NCBI GenBank assembly: GCA_965235115.1
Contig: OZ249436.1
Coordinates: 65,596,001 to 65,660,000, forward strand
Length of the DNA stretch: 64,000 nt
From: Laetmonice hystrix
Taxonomy: Eukaryota
Direction: 5' to 3'
Every line of letters begins with the position of its first letter. The first letter of the stretch is position 1. Made by a program: the position numbers and the translations under genes. This document shows, piece by piece, positions 26,724 to 35,837 of the stretch. The notes beneath the pieces are model-generated. The model had not been told where the DNA came from. It saw nothing but the letters and a program-made list of their open reading frames with translations, and searched no databases.

Positions 26724-29700
26724 CCTGCTCGACCACCAAAGCTCCTTTATTAGGGGAGTGGCGGTGGCCTAGTGGGCATGGATGTCGACACCTTATGCTA
26801 TGCGAATGGGTGCAGTAATCTTAGGGCCTGGGTTCGATTCCTGTAGAGGACTATACAACTTTTCTCTTTAGGGACATTGTCAAAGTAATTGGGTTACCCC
26901 TGATGCCCGTGCATTTCAAAAGAAAAATACAGTCTACGCCAGTGCCAGGATTACCTTAACAGTCAATGTTCGGTAGAAATCATGTGTAGCTCTAACTAGG
27001 AAAATATGGATTCCGTCTCATTTAAAAAAGATGTGTGTAGGGGGGAGGGTCCATTGTCCTGCTCGACCACCAAAGCTCCTTTATTAGGGGAGTGGCGGTG
27101 GCCTAGTGGGCATGGATGTCGACACCTTATGCTATGCGAATGGGTGCAGTAATCTTAGGGCCTGGGTTCGATTCCTGTAGAGGACTATACAACTTTTCTC
27201 TTTAGGGACATTGTCAAAGTAATTGGGTTACCCCTGATGCCCGTGCATTTCAAAAGAAAAATACAGTCTACGCCAGTGCCAGGATTACCTTAACAGTCAA
27301 TGTTCGGTAGAAATCATGTGTAGCTCTAACTAGGAAAATATGGATTCCGTCTCATTTAAAAAAGATGTGTGTAGGGGGGAGGGTCCATTGTCCTGCTCGA
27401 CCACCAAAGCTCCTTTATTAGGGGAGTGGCGGTGGCCTAGTGGGCATGGATGTCGACACCTTATGCTATGCGAATGGGTGCAGTAATCTTAGGGCCTGGG
27501 TTCGATTCCTGTAGAGGACTATACAACTTTTCTCTTTAGGGACATTGTCAAAGTAATTGGGTTACCCCTGATGCCCGTGCATTTCAAAAGAAAAATACAG
27601 TCTACGCCAGTGCCAGGATTACCTTAACAGTCAATGTTCGGTAGAAATCATGTGTAGCTCTAACTAGGAAAATATGGATTCCGTCTCATTTAAAAAAGAT
27701 GTGTGTAGGGGGGAGGGTCCATTGTCCTGCTCGACCACCAAAGCTCCTTTATTAGGGGAGTGGCGGTGGCCTAGTGGGCATGGATGTCGACACCTTATGC
27801 TATGCGAATGGGTGCAGTAATCTTAGGGCCTGGGTTCGATTCCTGTAGAGGACTATACAACTTTTCTCTTTAGGGACATTGTCAAAGTAATTGGGTTACC
27901 CCTGATGCCCGTGCATTTCAAAAGAAAAATACAGTCTACGCCAGTGCCAGGATTACCTTAACAGTCAATGTTCGGTAGAAATCATGTGTAGCTCTAACTA
28001 GGAAAATATGGATTCCGTCTCATTTAAAAAAGATGTGTGTAGGGGGGAGGGTCCATTGTCCTGCTCGACCACCAAAGCTCCTTTATTAGGGGAGTGGCGG
28101 TGGCCTAGTGGGCATGGATGTCGACACCTTATGCTATGCGAATGGGTGCAGTAATCTTAGGGCCTGGGTTCGATTCCTGTAGAGGACTATACAACTTTTC
28201 TCTTTAGGGACATTGTCAAAGTAATTGGGTTACCCCTGATGCCCGTGCATTTCAAAAGAAAAATACAGTCTACGCCAGTGCCAGGATTACCTTAACAGTC
28301 AATGTTCGGTAGAAATCATGTGTAGCTCTAACTAGGAAAATATGGATTCCGTCTCATTTAAAAAAGATGTGTGTAGGGGGGAGGGTCCATTGTCCTGCTC
28401 GACCACCAAAGCTCCTTTATTAGGGGAGTGGCGGTGGCCTAGTGGGCATGGATGTCGACACCTTATGCTATGCGAATGGGTGCAGTAATCTTAGGGCCTG
28501 GGTTCGATTCCTGTAGAGGACTATACAACTTTTCTCTTTAGGGACATTGTCAAAGTAATTGGGTTACCCCTGATGCCCGTGCATTTCAAAAGAAAAATAC
28601 AGTCTACGCCAGTGCCAGGATTACCTTAACAGTCAATGTTCGGTAGAAATCATGTGTAGCTCTAACTAGGAAAATATGGATTCCGTCTCATTTAAAAAAG
28701 ATGTGTGTAGGGGGGAGGGTCCATTGTCCTGCTCGACCACCAAAGCTCCTTTATTAGGGGAGTGGCGGTGGCCTAGTGGGCATGGATGTCGACACCTTAT
28801 GCTATGCGAATGGGTGCAGTAATCTTAGGGCCTGGGTTCGATTCCTGTAGAGGACTATACAACTTTTCTCTTTAGGGACATTGTCAAAGTAATTGGGTTA
28901 CCCCTGATGCCCGTGCATTTCAAAAGAAAAATACAGTCTACGCCAGTGCCAGGATTACCTTAACAGTCAATGTTCGGTAGAAATCATGTGTAGCTCTAAC
29001 TAGGAAAATATGGATTCCGTCTCATTTAAAAAAGATGTGTGTAGGGGGGAGGGTCCATTGTCCTGCTCGACCACCAAAGCTCCTTTATTAGGGGAGTGGC
29101 GGTGGCCTAGTGGGCATGGATGTCGACACCTTATGCTATGCGAATGGGTGCAGTAATCTTAGGGCCTGGGTTCGATTCCTGTAGAGGACTATACAACTTT
29201 TCTCTTTAGGGACATTGTCAAAGTAATTGGGTTACCCCTGATGCCCGTGCATTTCAAAAGAAAAATACAGTCTACGCCAGTGCCAGGATTACCTTAACAG
29301 TCAATGTTCGGTAGAAATCATGTGTAGCTCTAACTAGGAAAATATGGATTCCGTCTCATTTAAAAAAGATGTGTGTAGGGGGGAGGGTCCATTGTCCTGC
29401 TCGACCACCAAAGCTCCTTTATTAGGGGAGTGGCGGTGGCCTAGTGGGCATGGATGTCGACACCTTATGCTATGCGAATGGGTGCAGTAATCTTAGGGCC
29501 TGGGTTCGATTCCTGTAGAGGACTATACAACTTTTCTCTTTAGGGACATTGTCAAAGTAATTGGGTTACCCCTGATGCCCGTGCATTTCAAAAGAAAAAT
29601 ACAGTCTACGCCAGTGCCAGGATTACCTTAACAGTCAATGTTCGGTAGAAATCATGTGTAGCTCTAACTAGGAAAATATGGATTCCGTCTCATTTAAAAA

Positions 29701-30271
29701 AGATGTGTGTAGGGGGGAGGGTCCATTGTCCTGCTCGACCACCAAAGCTCCTTTATTAGGGGAGTGGCGGTGGCCTAGTGGGCATGGATGTCGACACCTT
29801 ATGCTATGCGAATGGGTGCAGTAATCTTAGGGCCTGGGTTCGATTCCTGTAGAGGACTATACAACTTTTCTCTTTAGGGACATTGTCAAAGTAATTGGGT
29901 TACCCCTGATGCCCGTGCATTTCAAAAGAAAAATACAGTCTACGCCAGTGCCAGGATTACCTTAACAGTCAATGTTCGGTAGAAATCATGTGTAGCTCTA
30001 ACTAGGAAAATATGGATTCCGTCTCATTTAAAAAAGATGTGTGTAGGGGGGAGGGTCCATTGTCCTGCTCGACCACCAAAGCTCCTTTATTAGGGGAGTG
30101 GCGGTGGCCTAGTGGGCATGGATGTCGACACCTTATGCTATGCGAATGGGTGCAGTAATCTTAGGGCCTGGGTTCGATTCCTGTAGAGGACTATACAACT
30201 TTTCTCTTTAGGGACATTGTCAAAGTAATTGGGTTACCCCTGATGCCCGTGCATTTCAAAAGAAAAATACA
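26724..30271 (+). mobile_element. Tandem array of ~10.6 identical 334-bp units carrying a Pol III (tRNA-type) internal promoter; putative tandem retroelement or rolling-circle product
   Basis: Unit starts fall at 26724, 27058, 27392, 27726, 28060, 28394, 28728, 29062, 29396, 29730 and 30064 (constant 334 bp). No differences were seen between the copies compared. Each unit has an A-box, a B-box and T4. The tandem structure is certain; the mobile-element class is inferred. Confidence 0.7.
26758..26863 (+). ncRNA. Predicted ~105-nt Pol III transcript unit (tRNA-like, not a canonical tRNA), repeated 11 times at 334-bp intervals
   Basis: A-box TGGCCTAGTGG (26765-26775), B-box GGTTCGATTCC (26831-26841) and TTTT (26860-26863) are present. 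The acceptor stem does not pair (GTGGCGG vs AGAGGAC). Confidence 0.45.
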
Positions 30272-31028
30272 GAGGTGGGACACGTCACGGCCACACACAG
30301 ACACTGACGTTACTCTCTGACCACAAAATACGGCACTCATTACAGAGGTGGGACACGTCACGGCCACACACCGACACTGACGTTACTATCTGACCACAAA
30401 ATACGGCACTCATTACAGAGGTTGGACACGTCACGGCCACACACCGACACTGACGTTACTATCTGACCACAAAATACGGCACTCATTACAGAGGTGGGAC
30501 ACGTCACGGCCACACACCGACACTGACGTTACTCTCTGGCCACAAAATACGGCACTCATTACAGAGGTTGGACACGTCACAGCCACACACCGACACTGAC
30601 GTTACTCTCTGACCACAAAATACGGCACTCATTACAGAGGTTGGACACGTCACGGCCACACACCGACACTGACGTTACTCTCTGACCACAAAATACGGCA
30701 CTCATTACAGAGGTTGGACACGTCACGGCCACACACCGACACTGACGTTACTCTCTGACCACAAAATACGGCACTCATTACAGAGGTTGGACACGTCACG
30801 GCCACACACCGACACTGACGTTACTCTCTGGCCACAAAATACGGCACTCATTACAGAGGTGGGACACGTCACAGCCACACACCGACACTGACGTTACTCT
30901 CTGGCCACAAAATACGGCACTCATTACAGAGGTGGGACACGTCACAGCCACACACCGACACTGACGTTACTCTCTGGCCACAAAATACGGCACTCGTTAC
31001 AGAGGTGGGACACGTCACGGCCACACAC
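30268..31028. repeat. 73-bp minisatellite, right arm (~10.4 copies)
   Basis: The array resumes at (T)ACAGAGGTGGGACACG..., exactly the bases that follow GGCACTCATT in the unit. Confidence 0.97.
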
Positions 31029-31214
31029 AGAAAGTGGTCACGGGCCGACGACTCTGTACCCTACTCATCATCTCCATGCACTATACTATCCCACCTCGCT
31101 TGTTTCCCGTCCAAACTCACCACTACCACTACCACCGCCCCCGAGCCCAACATTTCAGTCCATCGTTTCGCACCTCCCCCACCTCTACTACCGACAGTGA
31201 GGTTTTTTTCTCCG

Positions 31215-31390
31215 CAAAACACGTCGGGGTTTGACGTCACGGCAAAAAGGTGGCACGCCGCCGGCAGGGAACCGGTGGAGGGCATGTCGGCCGCCCCCAC
31301 GCCCGCCCACCCGCCCACCAGCCCGCCCGCCCGTGCAGGACCAACCGCTGAGGGCTTCAAACGGAGGAACCGGCCAGGAGTTGGAGGTGT
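31215..31390. promoter_or_regulatory. CpG/GC-box-rich segment with CRE (possible promoter)
   Basis: TGACGTCA near 31232 and multiple CCGCCC boxes (31281-31332) lie in a CpG-dense stretch next to the minisatellite. Confidence 0.25.
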
Positions 31391-32280
31391 GCCATCGATG
31401 TGGTTAACTACATTGTACCTTTGAATATCACAAGAAATACCTGGCTCATAAAGATATTCGGATGGGTGTCAGTCAGCGCTAACTTTGTGTTAATCACGGA
31501 GGTATAATATTGAAGTCTCCTGAGCTAAACCAAGCATCAAACTCATTTTTCGGTAATTGCTTCAATAGAGTCTAGTCAAGAGGAAAGGCATCAACTGACC
31601 CACACAGAACAGGGTCTAGTACTTCCTCTTTACCTCCGTTCTTTCTGTATTTCGTTTCTCAGAATTCATCTGTAGGCTATGTTCCAACTTCACATTGGAC
31701 TCGTAATACAGAAAAAGGTTTGCACACCCAATAACCTTCAAAGGAGGAAGGTATACCTTTCCAGCATTAACCTTTGCACCTCGTCGGTGTAGAGCAACCG
31801 TTTCGGTCTTCAATATTAATCTCATGTCCATGGCAGTCCCGCCACGGATTAAGGTTAACACTGTGTAAACAGATTAACATTGGACAGGACTTAAGCGATG
31901 ATCCACTGTGATTTGGATTCAACTTGTCGTAAGGAAGTAATCGATCATACTATCGATCATGGCTTTAAAAGGATGTAGGCCTAAACAACAGTCTATGCCC
32001 CGTGAGTAATAGCGCATTTAGTTATGCTTACATTTCTGTAACTGTTTTATTTTCGACAAAATTATTGAAACAGTATAAATAAAATTTCATGAAAGGTCAC
32101 TGAAATCTTATTCCAAATGAAGTCTATCAACTAATTGGAAGACAAGGAGTAATTTTGCCAGACATTCAGGCGACTAACTTGTCATTTAGATATTGACCGA
32201 CAGGTCTATGGATCGTCACTTCTAGAGGGGCTTTCAAGGTTCACTAAAATAATCAAAGGGAAGCCAGGAGTCTGGAGAGG

Positions 32281-33415
32281 GGTGGAGGTGTCGGTGGGGT
32301 GTTGGTGTGGGTGGGGTGTTGGTGTTGGTGTTGGTGGGGTGTTGGTATGGGTGGGGTGTTGGTATGGGTGGGGTGTTGGTGTTGGTGTTGGTATGGGTGG
32401 GGTGTTGGTGTTGGTGTTGGTGGGGTGTTGGTATGGGTGGGGTGTTGGTATGGGTGGGGTGTTGGTGTTGGTGTTGGTGGGGTGTTGGTGTGGGTGGGGT
32501 GTTGGTGTGGGTGGGGTGTTGGTGTGGGTGGGGTGTTTGTGGGGTGTTGGTGTTGGTGGGGTGTTGNNNNNNNNNNNNNNNNNNNNNNNNNNNNNNNNNN
32601 NNNNNNNNNNNNNNNNNNNNNNNNNNNNNNNNNNNNNNNNNNNNNNNNNNNNNNNNNNNNNNNNNNNNNNNNNNNNNNNNNNNNNNNNNNNNNNNNNNNN
32701 NNNNNNNNNNNNNNNNNNNNNNNNNNTGTTGNNNNNNNNNNNNNNNNNNNNNNNNNNNNNNNNNNNNNNNNNNNNNNNNNNNNNNNNNNNNNNNNNNNNN
32801 NNNNNNNNNNNNNNNNNNNNNNNNNNNNNNNNNNNNNNNNNNNNNNNNNNNNNNNNNNNNNNNNNNNNNNNNNNNNNNNNNNNNNNNNNNNTGGGGTGTT
32901 GGTGTTGGTGGGGTGTTGGTGGGGTGTTGGTGTGGGTGTGGGTGGGGTGTCGGTGTTGGTGGGGTGTCGGTGTGGGTGTGNNNNNNNNNNNNNNNNNNNN
33001 NNNNNNNNNNNNNNNNNNNNNNNNNNNNNNNNNNNNNNNNNNNNNNNNNNNNNNNNNNNNNNNNNNNNNNNNNNNNNNNNNNNNNNNNNNNNNNNNNNNN
33101 NNNNNNNNNNNNNNNNNNNNNNNNNNNNNNNNNNTGGGGTGTTGNNNNNNNNNNNNNNNNNNNNNNNNNNNNNNNNNNNNNNNNNNNNNNNNNNNNNNNN
33201 NNNNNNNNNNNNNNNNNNNNNNNNNNNNNNNNNNNNNNNNNNNNNNNNNNNNNNNNNNNNNNNNNNNNNNNNNNNNNNNNNNNNNNNTGGGGTGTTGGTG
33301 TTGGTGGGGTGTTGGTGGGGTGTTGGTGTTGGTGTGGGTGGGGTGTTGGTGTTGGTGGGGTGTCGGTGTGGGTGTGGTGTTGGTGTGGGTGGGGTGTGGG
33401 GTGTGGGGTGGGGGT
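32281..33415. repeat. G/T-only low-complexity repeat (GGTGTT/GGGT motifs) with masked N blocks
   Basis: Degenerate TTGGTG/TGGGGTG repeats are interrupted by N runs at 32567-32726, 32732-32891, 32981-33134 and 33145-33287. Confidence 0.95.
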
Positions 33416-34204
33416 CGCCAGGGTGGCGGTTATAACCGGCGGGTGAACAGCACCTCGGACCGGTAAGACAACCGGCATGTCGTTCGGACACTAATCTACT
33501 TACTAATGATGGATGCACTCAGAGGAGCGGCCGGCGTTATTTAAACGGCCCAGTCTATATCCACCATTGTTGTTGCTTCATGTTCATTCGATTTAGTGTT
33601 GGGCTGTTGGCTGAGCCGGACCTGACGGTCGACCGACGACAGGAGGATGACAGTCTAGATATAACAGCTGACCGCGGGGTTTTACAGAGAGAGGTCCTTA
33701 CAGAACGGATAACTCCGTTCTTATGGAGGCATTATGAATGGAAGTTGAGATGGATAACGAATTACTACATTATGCCTTCGGTCTTACAAAAGATAAATCG
33801 GTCCCTGGATATACAAACGTCTTTACACAGCCCACCCTCCAGCTTTTGTTGGGGGGGGGGGGGGGCACATTTTAACTACTGCATTGCGCATTCCCTTCTG
33901 ATGCTTTAACTATAGACCTACATATTATTAAATTCCTGTCCCCAGTCAGGTTTGTGAACAACACATAATGAATAAAATATATGGTGGATACGTAGTTTTA
34001 CTTCACACTTTTCCTTCATAATCACTCAAGTCGTTCAAAATTCTCACCCGATGCTCCCCCTACGATTTTCTGAATACACCACTGCTTTCGGCTACAAGAG
34101 ATGTCATCCCCGACTCTCGGTAACATTTCAATATGACCGCTCGTACTGAAATACCCACCGTTGGCAGGCCGCCGCCCATGTATATAGACAGCCGTAGGAA
34201 ATCC

Positions 34205-34250
34205 TGGAATCACCACTAAGTCAGTGGTGGAATCACCACTAAGTCAGTGG
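34205..34250. repeat. Perfect 23-bp tandem duplication
   Basis: TGGAATCACCACTAAGTCAGTGG occurs twice in direct succession. Confidence 0.9.
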
Positions 34251-34460
34251 TGACTTCCGGCCAGACTGGAGCAGGACTTATTTAGGATTCAGCACAGCTC
34301 TAGACGGTATTTGGACTAAGCTGAACATTTAGCTATAACTGTGAAACGGTCTTAGGAATTGAGGGGGAAATTACTTAAACGACCGAGCAAGGTCGTTATG
34401 GAGCTGGGACGGTATACCGACGAGAGAACGGTCTTATAAGGAATTGAATTTCCACCACAA

Positions 34461-34576
34461 GTCGGGGAATGGCCGTGACGTCACCAAATGAGCAATAATG
34501 AGTGTTAGGTAAGGGTTAGGGTTAGGTTTAGCATCTTTTATCGCTCACTTTTATGACGTCACGACCATTCCCCGAC
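34461..34576. mobile_element. Small palindromic element (MITE-like) with telomere-like motifs in the loop
   Basis: Arms GTCGGGGAATGGCCGTGACGTCA / TGACGTCACGACCATTCCCCGAC match at 22/23 and continue imperfectly inward. The centre reads TTAGGTAAGGGTTAGGGTTAGGTTTAG. Confidence 0.6.
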
Positions 34577-35119
34577 ATGACCCGAACTTTCGATGTAGAT
34601 TCTTGAGGGCAGTTCTTGATTTTGAGAGAAAATTTATGACATTAAAAAGGAACTTTGTAGAATTGAGTGGCCTTATAGACATGATCAAATTAGGATTGTA
34701 GAAATTGAAATATTTTCCAATATGGGCCTACATCAAGAAGTATGGACTGTTGTGTTGATCTGCCCTTCATCTCGTCAAACGAAACTATTTAAAAAGATCT
34801 TACTGGTTTTATAGTAGTATGACCATGATATGTTTTGAATAACTGATGTGACGCTGCTCTAGCCCCAGGAATTCGCACGTCCAGGTGAGCTCCAGCGGTT
34901 GACACCTCGTGACCTTAAACTACATATTCTAATATTACATTTCTGATTCTACTTCTAATAATAGCTGAACAAAATCAGTATTCCATTTGGTTTTATATGG
35001 AGTTATCCAACTGATATCGCCAGCTGATATCAACTGATACCATTCCCTTCCAAAAATAGGCAAAATAGGCTGTATACCAGTGCGGGCGTCATAATAGGTC
35101 GCGGTCCCCTTACATCTGA

Positions 35120-35837
35120 GTACTGAGACAGATGGCCCTGTGGATGCCACCAGCCAGCCGACCGACCACCGGGCGGGGCTGGGCGGCCTGTCGGGGCCTA
35201 AAGTACTGAGACAGATGGCCCTGTGGATGCCACCAGCCAGCCGACCGACCACCGGGCGGGGCTGGGCGGCCTGTCAGGGCCTAAATTACCGAGACAGATG
35301 GCCCTGTGGATGCCACCAGCCAGCCGACCGACCACCGGGCGGGGCTGGGCGGCCTGTCAGGGCCTAAAGTACCGAGACAGATGGCCCTGTGGAGGCCACC
35401 AGCCAGCCGACCGACCACCGGGCGGGGCTGGGCGGCCTGTCGGGGCCTAAAGTACTGAGACAGATGGCCCTGTGGATGCCACCAGCCAGCTATGGCCCTG
35501 TGGATGCCACCAGCCAGCCGACCGACCACCGGGCGGGGCTGGGCGGCCTGTCAGGGCCTAAAGTACTGAGACAGATGGCCCTGTGGAGGCCACCAGCCAG
35601 CCGACCGACCACCGGGCGGGGCTGGGCGGCCTGTCGGGGCCTAAAGTACCGAGACAGATGGCCCTGTGGATGCCACCAGCCAGCCCACCGACCACCGGGC
35701 GGGGCTGGGCGGTCGGTCAGGGCCTAAAGTACTGAGACAGATGGCCCTGTGGATGCCGCCAGCCAGCCGACCGACCACAGGGCGGGGCTGGGCGGCCTGT
35801 CAGGGCCTAAAGTACTGAGACAGATGGCCCTGTGGAT
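35120..35837. repeat. GC-rich minisatellite, 83-bp unit, ~8.5 copies
   Basis: The unit is GTACTGAGACAGATGGCCCTGTGGATGCCACCAGCCAGCCGACCGACCACCGGGCGGGGCTGGGCGGCCTGTCRGGGCCTAAA, with one internal partial duplication near 35491. Confidence 0.97.

Noticed and set aside
26742-26773. Helitron 3' end (hairpin CTCCTTT-ATT-AGGGGAG, 10 nt, then CTAG|T)
   Set aside because: The geometry fits, but neither the array ends nor the unit junction (ATTG|TC) coincide with CTRR, and the insertion is not between A and T.
26724-30271. CRISPR array, bona fide tRNA gene cluster or hammerhead retrozyme
   Set aside because: There are no variable spacers and the context is eukaryotic. The acceptor and T stems do not pair as in a tRNA. 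The only candidate core is CTGATGC rather than CUGANGA and stem I does not close, so I see no hammerhead on either strand.
32234-33518. Five ORFs of 378-421 aa
   Set aside because: They are translations of a G/T-only low-complexity repeat and N runs, which simply lack stop codons.
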